A stretch of DNA of 64,000 bases from Coniocarpon cinnabarinum. Its lineage: Eukaryota. The position numbers and the translations under genes were made by a program. Shown piece by piece: positions 11,723-25,246 of this stretch. The notes beneath the pieces were generated by a model, which worked only from the letters and a program-made list of their open reading frames with translations, did no database searches and was not told where the DNA came from. Numbering within the stretch: the stretch's first letter is position 1; every line of letters starts with the position of its first letter. The DNA lies in assembly GCA_051942205.1 (NCBI GenBank), contig JAVECO010000042.1, forward strand, positions 1 to 64,000, given 5' to 3'.

Positions 11723-12410
11723 CCAGACGGAAGGCTATTGCAAAGGGCAATGCGCAAGCGCAGGAGCTGTGAAGGTTTACAGAACGCGTTATCTAGGCCG
11801 CTGGGATGCGAATCCGATCCAGTGTGGTGTGTCAAAATGCTGCTTTGTTAGTACTCGCCCAGTTGCTGGATGTTTGAAAGATGAGGAAAGGATCTCAACT
11901 TCCAATGACCTGTGGAGCTTCGATGGTCTGACGCGCTTTGTTTACATTTTCACTGCCACCCTGCCAGCTCGGTGTGCATCTACCTTATATAAACCTACCT
12001 AGCTAACCCTACTCCAGTACCTCTTGACCCTGTGCAAAACATTCACCTAAACGTGTAGTTGACCTGACGGGCATCATTTCCTCATGTCCGACCACCTTCA
12101 TGATCACGGGGACTCATGACTGGTGCTTGAGTCTCGCTTCTTCTGACTATACCTGAACAACACTCACAACTTCATCGTATGACGATCATCTGTTTTGCCT
12201 ACTCGAGTCAGGAGTTACGAGCGCAATTGCCTGTGCATGTCACCCGTCCGCGACCATATGTGGAGAATACCACATAATCAACCTTTGCGCATGGATTTTC
12301 TCTAGCACTTCCGCCAGATGCTGCTGCTTTCGTCGCCACCGTCGCTCCGGGGTTTCCATAAGTCTTTCTTGCTATCACGACATTACAGTGCTGATGCTCG
12401 GCGGAGTATC

Positions 12411-13010
12411 TTATTTCACTTTCTCAGCTCGTTCGGCGAGGCCAGCTAACATGGGTGCAGTTGTTACATGGTCCAGAATTCCTCCGCCTCTGACAAGCAA
12501 GGTCCTCCCGAACCCAGTGGCCGCAATCCTACCTCTGAAGCGCAGATGCAGCAGTGTCGCTGATTCACCAGCCTCCGAGATCTCATGGAGGATCAAGCTC
12601 CACGAGAAGCTCGCACCGTATCTGTCAGTCTTGTAGACGAGTGCCCTCTGTGGCACGACTTCCTGAACTATGAAAAAGTCGTCGGCACTGAATCCGTAGT
12701 CGTCCACACGGTCACCCGGCTTTAGCTTTTGCCATTCGGGGTTGATCGCGCGAGTGGCGTGCCAGCTCTGAGGTAAGAAGCGTTCCCAGGCAGCGGGTGT
12801 ATACCATCCTATTCAATCATGTGCATGTGAGCAGTTCGTTCGTAAAAAGGACTCGTTGTGTCTAGTACCTGCTCGTCCTTTTCCTACTTGAAGCACCCAT
12901 GGCCAGACATCAGATGGTGAAGCATTGACCCGGCGTGTCTGATCATATATCATAACAGCATCTGGTATGACATCGTCTCCGGGATACGGGCCTGCAGGTA
13001 GCTGCGTCAT
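12411..13010 (-). CDS. SRPBCC/polyketide-cyclase-like fold hypothetical protein (2 exons)
   Basis: YPGDDVIPDA...DQTRRVNASPSDVWPWVLQVGKGRA|GWYTP...INPEWQKLKPGDRVDDYG; intron about 12868-12810. Confidence 0.6.
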
Positions 13011-13385
13011 AGCTTTGAGGGTTGAAGCTGTATCCAATAATCTGATACTGAATGGAGCATGTTGTACTGTCAAGCATTTATATTGCTTGGGATTTGTTCA
13101 CGGGTGCCATTATATACTGGCCTACCTGCCGACTGCAGCGTCTGCGATATTTCTTGGTGGAGCGATACAGTAGGCGCCAACAAATAGGAGGCAAGGTAGG
13201 TGAGCTGCATACCATTTTTGGATCATACTTGCCCATACTGAGTTAGAGCAACGAGAAGTGAGAGGATGCTTTAGGCAAATTGATTCCAAACGCCAACCTC
13301 ACCTCCACCACGCCTCCCAGTGGCTCACTCCTGACGAAAAGGTCATCGTGTTGTTCCGTCTGCAAATGATAATAATCACTTAGAA

Positions 13386-15138
13386 ATGGCGGGAATTCTT
13401 GAGTATCTCGACCATCAGCTCGAGCAACTGTTTGCGAGCTGGAATCTGTGGAGTTCTTTCCTCGTTGCCTTGGTTGCTATAGTCCTTCTGTATCCTCTGT
13501 TGACCTACAAGGAACCCGATACTCACCCACTGATTCTGGCAAGACAATCAAATGTCTCAATGGTGCGGATGCCGGGCGAGTCTGCTGTTTATCGGTCCAT
13601 TGAAGTGCCCCATGGCCTGCCTTTGAAAACAGGTCTGAACGTAAAGCAAGAAGGCCAGGGGCGTTGGATGCCGGGTAGAGATGGTGACCTCAGAGATGTG
13701 TGGCTACGAGTTGTCCATGGTACTCTTGCCGATGATGGTAAAGCTACCGGCCGCAAAGCTGCTATCAAAACTGTGTATGGTCGCGAGGAGGTCGAGACCC
13801 ACGACACAGAGGTTTTGACCAAACAGATCAACGCCATTGGACGTTATGTTCAGGAAAAATCGGCCACGTCGCTCGCCATATGCCTCCCAAACTCTGTTGA
13901 GCTGTTGCTAGTCATCTTTGCCGCGGCATTCTATGGTTTCCATCCAGTACTGATACCTTACGGACTTTCCCAAGATACCACAACTAAGTTGATTTCAGCA
14001 AGCAATGCTAATACAGTCATCTCCCAAGCTGGCTCTATTCCTTTAGCTGACATCAAGGCGCAATGTAGATACGTGAAACTCGTGATATCTGTGGTGGAGA
14101 AGACGAGCCGGCACATGGATTGGAACGAAGACGATGACAAGGTACACTCCGAGGCCTGGCATGACATTGTCAAGCAGTCTTCGGGAGCTACCCAAGATAG
14201 TTTGCCTGGAATCAAGGATGTTGAAGCTCGTGGGATCACGACCGTCTGGATGAACGAGGGATCCACATCTGGTGAAATGGTGACCTTCACGCAACAAAAT
14301 ATGGTAGCTGCAGCAGCAGCTCAGATATCCGCTCTTCCCATACGACATCGCCTAACTCACGAAGACTTATTTCTTCCTGCAGACAACATGACACAAGCTC
14401 ACATCCTCACGCAGACGCTTGCAGCATTGTACAGTGGCACGTCACTTGCGCTAAACTCGGTCGCCGGTCCAGACGTTGATTTGGCGAGCGCTGCAATGGG
14501 TGTCTCACCGACCGTGATGGCCGTCTCCGCAAAATCGGTAGTGAAGCTCCATGAAGCCACCAGATCAACTATTACTGGCAGTGTTCAGAAGTACGCTTTG
14601 AACACGCAGAAGCAAGCCCTCCACTCTGGTTATATGCCGCCTAGTAAAATTGCGAGTGGCGTGATCCAGCCTACTAGAACAACATTGGGGAAGATTCCCA
14701 ACAAATTGAGGCTTTTATATATTTATGAAAAAGCCAACGGCGGCCTCGCCAGATTGAGTTCAGATACAATGAGCGAACTTCGCGCCTTCACTGGAGCCCG
14801 TGTTATATATGGTCTAACTGCTCCGAAGATCGCCGGCACGATCACACAAACCCAATTCTATGACTACAGAAAAGCTAGAGGAGACTCTGGCGCTCAAAGC
14901 CATGTTGGTGCACCTGTGAGCTGCCTTGAGGTAAAACTTCTTGACAACAATACGCACAAAAATATGGAGGGTGAAAACCCTATCGGCGAGGTGCGTTTCT
15001 CGTTTCTAAGCTCAATGGTAAGACATGCTGACTTCGAGTGCATAGATACACGTAAAAGGCCCCGCAGTTGCGGGGGGAGAGGTGAACACTGAGCTACTTG
15101 GTACATTCAATACTGATGGAACCCTGGCTCTTGCATAA
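13386..15138 (+). CDS. Membrane-anchored AMP-binding (acyl-CoA synthetase-like) protein, degenerate
   Basis: N-terminal TM helix, DTHPLILARQS, LPNSVE, RVIYGLT, GAPVSCLEVKL. An intron at about 14991-15045 leads to IHVKGPAVAGG...DGTLALA*. Confidence 0.8.
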
Positions 15139-15236
15139 TTTGCAGCGGGCTTCCCATTGATGCATCCAGGAAGGCACGAAATCGATGGCTGGGTCTTCAA
15201 AATCAGGTCTAGGTGAATCAGCGTAATATACAAATG

Positions 15237-16599
15237 TCATACGGCCTGCACAGCGTTGCACCATATTAGGCCTCGACGCTTTCCTCCTTCGTCACCCCCA
15301 ACGCTGTCCAGTACAGCGGCCTTTGCATCGCTGACCTTGGTCGATAGTTTCTCAACATGCTGCGACAGGCCTTCTGTGCTAGCGAGGCTTTCCTGTTGTA
15401 AGACATTAAGACCATGAAGCGCCGGCACCCACCGTAGTAGCTCGTAGTCTGCCACCATGCCTAACGGCTTGGCCTCAGCTACAGCCTTTGTGCTTTCATC
15501 GACTGCCGCAGTCATGTTCGGCAACAGTCTCTGCAGGTAACCGTCCAATGACTTCTGAGCCTCCCCAATAATCTCCCCATCTGCCCCTACTTTTCGCATT
15601 GCAGCCACACGGGCTGCGGCCACCTCCACCACACATCCGATGACGTCCGGCTGCCTCAACGCGTTCACCTTGCTATCCAGTAAGCCCTTGTTGATCGCCC
15701 GCTCCCGTTCCTTTTTCTGCGCCGGCTCTTCCATCAGTCTCACGAGTTGTTCCATATATCCCAATGCCTTTGTGCAACTCTCCACGCTCCAGTCGTTCTT
15801 CAAAGCGTGCAGTCGGCAAGCCCATACAATCTCCCTCACTACCCTCAAGTCGTACAAGTATAAACCGGTCTTCTCTGCTTGCCGGGCTGCATTTAGTAGA
15901 GCATACGTAGCCCCATGCTCCCCTGCTGTCCGCGCAATGATCTCCCATTGCCACGGCTTCCATTTCCTGCCTGCCGTTCGTAACCCCGTCAGCAATGGAA
16001 TTAGGTTGTCAAATTCATTCCTCCTGGCACCCTCTTGTGTCACGTCCTCGATCTCGCCTTTGTCTTCTTTCGCCTGTCTCTTCTTGTCTACCTTTCCTTT
16101 CTCTTTTGCCTTCCGTTTTGCAGCGCCAGCATCGATCACTGTGCTCTCACTCTGACCCATGAGTTCCATCGCTCGTCTGAGGCTCTTCCAGCTATCAGGA
16201 ACATCCTTCGTACGGTCGATAGGCTGGAGTAAGAAACTCTCGGTCTGATCGGCGGAGCCGACTTCGACTTCGAATGGATCGGACTCAAGAAGTGCGCGAT
16301 GGCGCGTCTGATATATGAGCTTCTGTTGCGGACGCTTCAGGTGTGCAGGCAGGAAAATCTTCGTACGGATAGTGCTGAGGAGAGTGCTTAGGTCATCCGA
16401 AGGCGTCGGGTGGAAAATTGGGACAGCGCCTTCAAAGTGTCTTAGTATAGACGATTAGAGATACACAGGAGCTTTTCGTACCATGTCTTCGACGTCCAGA
16501 TGTGCTACTGAACGCCCGACGAGCTTGAGAGCTCCGGTAATGAGGGAGGACACGACTGCCACAACGGCACAATGTCTGAGGCGGATGTCTTGCGGACAT
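15237..16599 (-). CDS. Conserved-looking hypothetical mitochondrial protein (2 exons)
   Basis: Presequence MSARHPPQTLCRCGSRVL...RRAFSSTSGRRRH|GAVPIFHPTPSDDLSTLLSTIRTKIFLPAHL joins in frame to ORF 15237..16169. Confidence 0.75.
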
Positions 16600-16820
16600 T
16601 GTCTTTCACATTGTACATTAGAGAATATCATAAAGCTGGGAAGATGGTCATCTCTGAATGCAGGTCACGCAGAAAGAAAACTACGAATTCATGCGGTATT
16701 GCGAGTCATTTGCGCTGTTAATGCGTGTGTCTGTATGCCAAGACCCTCCAATGCTTTCCTTGAAGACTGCATACCCGGATTCGTTCGTAGTCATTTTGTT
16801 CCACTCCAAGATCCCTCACC

Positions 16821-17587
16821 ATGGATGTTATTGCGCGTAGGGCAATACCTCGACCAGGCTTTCGAAGGAACATACGATCTTTGATTAAGCGTCCACGATC
16901 TCAGCCTGTCTCCAGTCTCCTGGGTCTGGACCGCAAAGATGGCCGCGCCGAAGCATTAGAAAAGCCGCCGCCACGACCTACACGATGGCAAATTCTCACT
17001 GGTGAAGCAGAGAGACCTGGTAGGCACCACTCATACCTCCACCTACATTACGCGTGTGTGGCTGACTGCATGCAGACCGACCGATCAAAGTCTATCCTCC
17101 TCCACCTTCAACGCGCTCCCGATGCAAAGATCCCATAGCAGCCCTCACACGGACGCAACTGACGTCTCTGGATCCTACCGGCGCTCGCAGTCGATTGTTC
17201 GCAAAGCGCAATCCCGAAGCTGCCAAAGTCGGCGATATTTTGCTCGTCCGCCAACGGAACGGAGATCCCTTTGCTGGCGTGTGCCTTAATATACGACGGC
17301 AAGGCATTGATACTTCCATATTATTGAGGAACAATTTGACAAGGGTGGGTGTTGAGATGTGGTACAAGATCTACAGCCCCAACGTAGAGGGTGTCGAAGT
17401 CGTGCAGCGACGTGCAAAGAGAGCAAGAAGAGCACGCCTGTATTACATGCGGAAGCCGAAACATGATTTGGGCAGTGTGCAGAATATCGTGTCGCAGTAT
17501 CTGCAGCAACGGCAGGCGCTTAGGAGTGGAAGTGCCAGAGGAAGAGACTCGAATTCAGGGAAAAGAAAGCATGCTAAGAGCAAGTAG
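16821..17587 (+). CDS. IMG1: Mitochondrial ribosomal protein bL19m (2 exons)
   Basis: LDPTGARSRLF...KVGDILLV...FAGVCLNIRRQGIDTSILLRNNLTRVGVEMWYKIYSP...KRARRARLYYMRKPKHD; intron GTAGGC...CTGAC...CAG at about 17020-17075. Confidence 0.92.
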
Positions 17588-17641
17588 AGAACAATTGATG
17601 AGGTTCTCATGGGCTGTCAAAAGCTTTCGACTGCCATCATT

Positions 17642-18838
17642 TCATTCAACTTTGATCGTGGAGAGTACAACAAGCAACTTCGTTAATAGATCGCGAAACT
17701 CCTGTTTGCGACCCTCACGGTGAACAACGCCGTCCTTTCTCGCAATATCCCAAAGCGAGCCCAAAGCAACTGTCCCACTGATCGGTAGTTCTGCCAAGTT
17801 TATGGCGTCGTTTGTTCCCAACGACTCGTAGTGTTTGCGAAGACTGGGTACGTGGATCGACACATTTTCTTTGGGCAATTTGTCTACAAGGCCTAGAATT
17901 ATTACGCAAGTTCGAGAGGCTACGATGCAAGCTTTGACTAGCCTGGTGAATGAGTTCAGCCAATCTGCTCAGTGACGTCCAAAGCTATTGCACTCACGAA
18001 AGGTCGACATCAGCCGGAACAAACATAAGGTTCTTATCAATCCGTCCTGCGTTAATGCGGTCCAGATTCCTGTGGAAAATGCTGTCGCCGAAATCGTAAA
18101 AATCCTTCGCGAGGCCCTTGATCTGATCGGGTTTGGTAGGCATTGCGATTTCTCCTGTGGACGCCGAGAACCGTATTGATTGTAAAGAGCAACATCCTGA
18201 GGAAGCCCAGATATATGGACGTATATTTCAGCCGTGACCGTAACAACGAAAGAAGTCCGCTGTGCGCTTATCACCCTGATTCCCTGTCCGCCAACGCCTT
18301 TCGACAAAGGGACTCTTGTGCTGAATGAGTGGGCTCCATTCAAGGGTGACGTGGGATGCCGTTTGACTGCAGAACGCAATCAAGAGTCGCGCGCGATTTG
18401 GACCAAGGTATCAGCAGCTTGCAAATCATCCAAGTGCCCTCCAGCATCCGTGACACGCTCCCGCGCCACCTTTGTTAACTCTTGAAGCGTTGGATAAGAT
18501 GCAGCAATGTTGAACGCCTCACAAACTGCATAAGGTAGTGGCTTGTCTTCTTCCAATTCCAATTGAGCGGGTCTTCGAAGGCTGTCTGATGGCGTACGAT
18601 TGGCAACCTGGATGGCGTATGCTGCGAGCGTGTTGCCAAACGCGAGGAGGGTAGAGCTTGCTGCAAGGAGGTCCAAAGTATTTTTGCCCGCTGATGTCAG
18701 TTCTGGAAACTCATCAATGAAAAGTCTATGCAGCTTAAAACCCAAGGCCATGATAATCCTGTACAGTCTGTGGAGCGACTCTGCAAGCCGATCGATTCTG
18801 AAAGGCTCGTACAGATCTAGCGGTTGCAATGGCTCCAT
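17642..18838 (-). pseudogene. Fragmented hypothetical helical-protein gene (probable pseudogene)
   Basis: Consecutive protein-like pieces (18380..18838, part of 18052..18246, 17642..17878) are separated by stops and frame changes without clean introns. Confidence 0.35.
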
Positions 18839-18892
18839 GACGAATTATGTTGAGATGTAGAGAAGCTTTTGGAGTGAATGCTGGAAAGGTGC

Positions 18893-18895
<3 letters not shown>

Positions 18896-18928
<33 letters not shown>
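18896..18928. repeat. (GA)n microsatellite, about 16 units
   Basis: Direct reading of the sequence. Confidence 0.97.
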
Positions 18929-18932
<4 letters not shown>

Positions 18933-19453
18933 TCTACAAACGTTGGTGCGCAGAAATGCTAGCCTACATTCGTTATTGGGAAGCTGCGTCGGTGGCAAAG
19001 AAGTCGCTGTTTTACATCGGCATCTAGCACTTTGGGGCAAGCTCTGCGCTGTCAAGCCAAACATCCATCACAACTACGAAGCCTAACTCTTTCGATTGCT
19101 ACCGGCGTAAGTTGACGGGTTATTCACTTATTCTACGCTTAACGTTCATGGAGCACGACAATCGCGTACTTTGCTGGTCGTGGGAACGCACGGCTGTCTC
19201 CGCTTGATGAGACATTTGTATATCCAAGCTCTTGTTCATTGCGCGCTTTGAAGTTTCAAGGTGGAGGGAGTACCTCAAGACTCGTGGCACCGTTTGCAAG
19301 CCTACAAGCAATCTCTTCAGAGGCAAAAGACGTGGTATCACCTGTAGAGAAGTTGCCTGTGACGACCGAGTGTACACAACAAAAGCCTGAGCGCCACTTC
19401 TATGTGTATCGCTAACTTTCGCTACATCCTGTCAAAGTAACAACGAAATCAGT

Positions 19454-20665
19454 ATGAGATCTACCGAAGACGAAGACCTGAGCATTGGCGAGATAAACAG
19501 CGGCCTAGATCCCATCATCACTGCAGATGAGCGCAATGGTGATCGCTCCGTCGCTCACACACTCCGCTTGATACAGACACGCCTCAACCAGCTGTCTGAT
19601 AACGTCAACCAGACCGCTTCGCATCTTGGCGGGTGGCAGCCCGTACCGTCTCACCTCAGCGAAGAAGAGCGACGCGTGGCTCGGCTTGAGCGTCTCGCGA
19701 ATGCGTTCAACCCGCCTTTGAAAGCGCCTTTGCCGGGGGACTGGGAAGCCGTTGCTCACATCTCAATGAAAGCTGAATCGTATCCAAGACAGTTCAGTGA
19801 GCTTCTTGATAGCTTCGAGGACCTGGTCAAGGAAATTTGTGCGCGTATCCATGGAAAGCTTCCGTCGCCTGCCAAATGTCCTGATCCGGCCCCTACTGAG
19901 CCTCTCACTGCTCGAGTGTTCCAAGCACTCCATCCAGAAGAAGCGGCTCAAAAGGCAAAGGATGAAGAATTTGCCATCTTGGCCCCTTATGCAACGGAGC
20001 AATATCCACACCTTAGCGTTGATCTCGCCGTCGCGAAAGTCAAGATGGATCACATGAAGGCTGACGATGAATTGAAGGCGCAGGATGAGATGAGAGACGT
20101 AGGAGAGCCTGGAGATGCGCCTCAACAGCTGCACCGGAAGAAGCGTCTCCCGCGCGTTCCTGATCAACATCAAGAACAAGAGCAAGATCAAGAGTTCCAG
20201 CAGGCGGTCTGGGGCCAAAATGAATGGTACGAATGTCCGTCAAGCCAGAATATGCCTGCTCGCTTTGGCAGCCGCCATGGAAAGCGGATCGAGCATGTGT
20301 CGGAAGTTCACGCGTCAGAGGAGCATGAAACTGAGGACAACGAATCAATCGGATCAGGGACGACCTTGGTAGCTCCCAACAATACACCTTTTGAAGGCGT
20401 GGAGGACAATGCTGAAGGAGGCGTTCGTCTGCTGGGCAGCCGCCCAGCTGCTCTGCCATCCTGGCCTGCTCTGCACTCACCCTGTGCCTCGGTCGTTAAT
20501 ATGGCCCAAATGCTCAACAATTCCAACAGCAGCGCTAATGACGATGTCGGTGCCGAGACTAGTGATGATGTTACGGGTGATGAAGGTGGTGTAAGTCTTG
20601 CAGCAAGCGGAGTGGCTGCACTTTCCGTGGAAGACGACGATGGCACTGAGGAAGGGACTCAGTGA
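19454..20665 (+). CDS. Hypothetical acidic protein (403 aa)
   Basis: Long single-exon ATG ORF with a low-complexity D/E-rich C-terminus; no domain recognised. Confidence 0.7.
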   Translation: MRSTEDEDLSIGEINSGLDPIITADERNGDRSVAHTLRLIQTRLNQLSDNVNQTASHLGGWQPVPSHLSEEERRVARLERLANAFNPPLKAPLPGDWEAVAHISMKAESYPRQFSELLDSFEDLVKEICARIHGKLPSPAKCPDPAPTEPLTARVFQALHPEEAAQKAKDEEFAILAPYATEQYPHLSVDLAVAKVKMDHMKADDELKAQDEMRDVGEPGDAPQQLHRKKRLPRVPDQHQEQEQDQEFQQAVWGQNEWYECPSSQNMPARFGSRHGKRIEHVSEVHASEEHETEDNESIGSGTTLVAPNNTPFEGVEDNAEGGVRLLGSRPAALPSWPALHSPCASVVNMAQMLNNSNSSANDDVGAETSDDVTGDEGGVSLAASGVAALSVEDDDGTEEGTQ

Positions 20666-22319
20666 GTGCGCATTGAGCTACTGAAGCTTGACTTGTCAAC
20701 CTGACATTTGCCTGAGCGTCTGTAGGCAAAGAATGTCTTCTTCGCTGTATGTAGAAACTCAACGAAATGAATGCGATAGAACCATGGCTCGTAGCTCAGA
20801 ATTTTGGTAGCATGGCTTGCTATGCTAAATTTCATATGGTAAGAGGGTGATTGGAAATGGTTTACAGTTTCGAGGGCTCGCCATGGCTCCTGACAGTTTA
20901 CTCTGTTTCCATCAATTGGTCAGCCAGCACGCTCGTTATCAATATTCTACACCTGGCATTTCAAAATTCTTGGTTGTGTCTAATTACATCATGTCGCATT
21001 CGTTGTGCCAATAGGAGTACATGGTCGCCTTTCGCTCGCCCAGACAGCTTCAATTACTCTGTTGATTCGAAGCTGCGTTACGAGTCAAGCGACTTTAAGC
21101 GCAGACGATTAACTGGCTTGCTTCCTAGACATAAAAAAATGGCTAATGTAGGGTAGATTTTCTGAACGCTGCTTCTTCCCAGTACTCTCGCCTGCAATCG
21201 ACTATCAACGAGGCTGACTGGCCTTCGGTAAAAGCAATGATACATTCCGCAACCTGCGAATATAGCTCACGAAGGATTTCATGCAGTGACTTAGTAATTA
21301 CAATACCGCAAGCAGTCGAATAATGTGCCTCTTACGCAACCTTCACCGACGCAAGGCATGCGGGCGCTTGTGGCCACAACTCTGCAGACCGCTGGGCAGA
21401 TGATGACAGGCAAGAGGCGCACACTGCGACCCACGCGAGCACGATATCAGGGACAGACTTCGTTGCGAACAACGATGCAATTTAGTGACTGCCTTGCCAA
21501 TATGTGGCGCCGATGACGCATATACATTGCTCAGGCAAAGTGACTGTCTGTATCAGGGGCGTGAGATGCAAGCTCTGATCCATGCACTATACCTACTAGC
21601 TACGCCGCCATTGGTACAAGCAACCGATAGCCAATTATCTTCTCCTCGTATGACAAGCCCTACGTGTCTCGATCGAAGCTGCAGCGCCCTCTGCGCCGTC
21701 ATCCTGCGCCTCCAGCTGAGTCCCTCACCGAGGACATAGTGGATCTAAGCATATTCCAGTCAACGAGACCTCCCCGTGTCGCATACAGCAACGCACTTAT
21801 GCGGTGTGTTGGCGTCGCAATTCCATACATTTGCCTCGCTGGAGAGTTGCGTGCAAGGGCATCTAACAGTGCAGAATGACATGCCAAACACAAGAATGTA
21901 CAATCACGAGACGTCAAACCGACAGGATGAGCACAGTGGTACTAGGAGTTGTAGAAGCCAGATGCCAAGTATGATCACGTGTTACTCCGCTCTGTATCGT
22001 TGCTCTTGCAACAGGTGCTTTCATTGCAATGATCGCCATCTTTTCTTTTCCGAGCCGTAGCTGAGAAGTTGAAAAGCAGTCTCTATGTTCTCTAACGAGA
22101 AAGACGGCATTTTGCGCAACAATGTGTCAGCTGTGCTGCAGGATTTTCCTGGCGTCGGATATTAGATTGAATCGGGGATTAGATGAGATTAAAACATCGG
22201 GGACGTATTAGTAATCCCAACAAGCATTGAGGTGAGCACGTGAGGCATGTCAGGTCAGTACATTGAAATTCACGCTTTGGAATCTCTTCACTTTGGCATT
22301 GTGATAATACGAGCTCAGT

Positions 22320-24389
22320 TTAGACGCTGTCATTTTTGATAGCATCAAGTCGAAACCATCTTTGTGATACAGTCACCAATGTTGCAACGCCTCCCGAGGC
22401 AATAGCAAGTATGAAAGCCTTGTGTAGTCCAGTCATATAAGCTGAGTCGATCGCTGGGAGAACACGCGGTGGGAATGAAGTTTGTACTCTTGTCGAGCCT
22501 GTCAGAAACACCTCGCTGGGATTGATTGAGGGGATAGACTGTTCCAACTTTTGCATTAATCCGTTCTGGAAGAGCGACTGCGCTGCAGTGACTAACAAGG
22601 AGCCCCCGAGCGATTGGAAGACTATTGCGCTATTGTCAGTTCGACCTCCTGCTTCGTTCAAGACTAAGGCAACGTCCTTACACAGCATTATGGCCGTAGC
22701 AGGCGCTATGTCCTCCTTATGAACGATCTTCTGAGTAATGATGACTGGCACGTTGAAGCAGAGCCCCAAAGCCACACCAGCAAGGATTTGATACCCGATC
22801 CATACTTTTGCGGCCGAGTCTGACGTCAAGGTAAACATCAAGCCCGAAGCGACAGTAGACGCGATGCCGCCGGCGATTAGAAAAGGATTGAATAAACCCC
22901 ACTGGCCTATCATAACACCGACAAGGATTTGAGTGATGGCTAAAGTCATGTCAGAGCTTGAGACTCAAAGTTCTGCTCTTATGACTTAGGGACATACTGA
23001 ATACCAATATTAGTGGAAGGTTGCGAATGCCGGACCCCATTGCGCTGGTGCCGCGAACTGCTTGGAAGTATATCGGGAGATAGAAGAGTAAAATGTAATA
23101 AACTCCTGCAATACTATTTGCAAGCTGGCGTCAGCATGACCGTATTTTCTATACCAATTCAACTCAGACCAAACACCTACAAGAAGCTAAATACGCAGCC
23201 ACTGGTAAATGTGCGATCCCTTAGAAAGCGACGCAAGATCAAGGCTCGCTCGCCTTGAAAGTATTCATTGAGTCCAAAAGAAACCGTGAGGACGGCGAAC
23301 CCAATCAACGTTCCGACTACAGTTGATGCGTTCCAAGGTCTCTGCACCCCTCCCCACTGCAACGCAAGGAGATAGCACAACACGGCACCGGTGATCAAAG
23401 TCGCACCCAGTAGGTCCATTTGAATGAGCTTCTCCTTCAACTTAGCTGGTGCTGGAACTGCAGCTTCAGGAATTCTAATGAGGAAAATAACCACTACGGC
23501 CGCAACCCCACCGCACGGGAGATTAATATAGAAACTAAAGAAGGTGTTAATAGGAGCGGAGTGGTCAAGGAACAGCACAGACACACCACCAACGCCACGA
23601 CACTTTGTCTGACAATACTCCTCCTATCAGAGGCCCAACTGCTGATGCTATCGCGTATGATGCACCAAGCAGCCCCGTCAGGGCAGGCCGCTGCTTCTCA
23701 GGCGCTGAGACCCCAATGATAACATAAGAACCAGCAAAAGTCCCTGCAACGCCTACACCTGTGACAGCTCGACCTGCAATGAACGTTGGGCTATTTTGAG
23801 CCACGCCTAGTACATGTTAGTAGGCGACCTCAATGGGTGTAAGGATCAAAACAGTGATTCTGTTCACGAAAACCAAATACCGCAGAGTAAGCTCCCAAGC
23901 TCGAACACAAATATACTGATCAGGTAGACAGCCTTAATGGAAAAGTACTTATAAGCTTTTCCCCATGGAGACTGCGCCGTCGCCACAGTCAGAAATAAAG
24001 CTGATGCATACCAGCCAACCTCATTCAAACTATTGAACTCGTCTGTAATGTGCGGGATGGCCGTGGCAATGATAGTCTTTCTGCAAGTTAGACCACGATT
24101 CGCGGATATCTCAGAGTAAGATCTCCTACAAAATCTAGGGAGGCCTATCGTTCAAGTACGTTAGAAAGCTCAGTCTATGCACCAGTAGTGCATTGGGAAC
24201 GAAGCGTGTGCCACCTAAACTGACCAAGAACATGCTTATGATTATTGCAACAGAAAGGAAAAAGAGTCTCCATCCTCTCACGTCTTGCGAATCTTGGCCA
24301 TCATTGCCATCGGCAGCCTCCGGAGTTGATAGCTGACTGTTGGGAGATAGCGAAGCCGGCGTGTCTGATGCGCTTCCTTCCTTCGTCAT
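22320..24389 (-). CDS. MFS drug:H+ antiporter (DHA2/14-TMS toxin-efflux type), multi-exon
   Basis: [74 protein letters not shown]. Confidence 0.92.
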
Positions 24390-25246
24390 TTTCCGCTAGA
24401 TACAATCGAACACACGCCGCTGAAATTTTAAGAGGAACAGTTAACCCAGGATGTATGGTGTAACTGAACTTGGAAAATAACGTCAGTCAGACAAACTGAG
24501 TGAGCAGCCCAGACCGGCTTAGAGAGGAGGGACTCCAAAACACGGCCAGTAAGATCAGGCTGCCCATGACTGTGAGGTGCAGGAATCAAGCCCTCAGAAG
24601 GCTAGAGAGACGTCAATCACCATGACGCAAGTTACAAGCGAACCTAGGAAGCTGATGGCAGATCAGCGCAATGCCTGGGTGGCGCCGCCAAGGCAAGGCA
24701 ACATTTGCGCGTATAAAAGCGAGATAGGGGCCTTGCGCAATCTCGTACAACTTTCTGCGGCAACGAGGCGTTTGTAGAATACCTTGGTCCCTGCAAAGAA
24801 ACCCCTCCGTCTGACCTGCAGATCCAGCACACCGAGCGACTAAGACACCTTCGGCGGGCGGGACCCAGCTTGCAGGCAGAGCCCCACGCGGCACAGATGG
24901 CCTCGAATAGGTACAGATCCGTCTATCACACAGCCTTTCCCGTCTTTCATCCTCTTCACTCGGACTTTGACACCCACTTGAAAACTCATATTGACTGCCA
25001 CGCCGCTAGAATGCAGGAGTCGTGTCAAGAGGCATGCCGCATTGGAACATTGATAACACTTGCAGCACTCCGTCAGCTGGGAGAAGCTACCATTCAACGT
25101 CGACTGTTGCCGGCTGCCTGACGACTACTTCCTGTAGAAATTGCGTCACGTGGTGGCATAAGACACCCCGGCCATTCAATCGCTGCAACTATTCGACGTT
25201 CGCTACACGTAAGCTTTCAGTTTGAGAATCATTCACGCTCTGAGCA

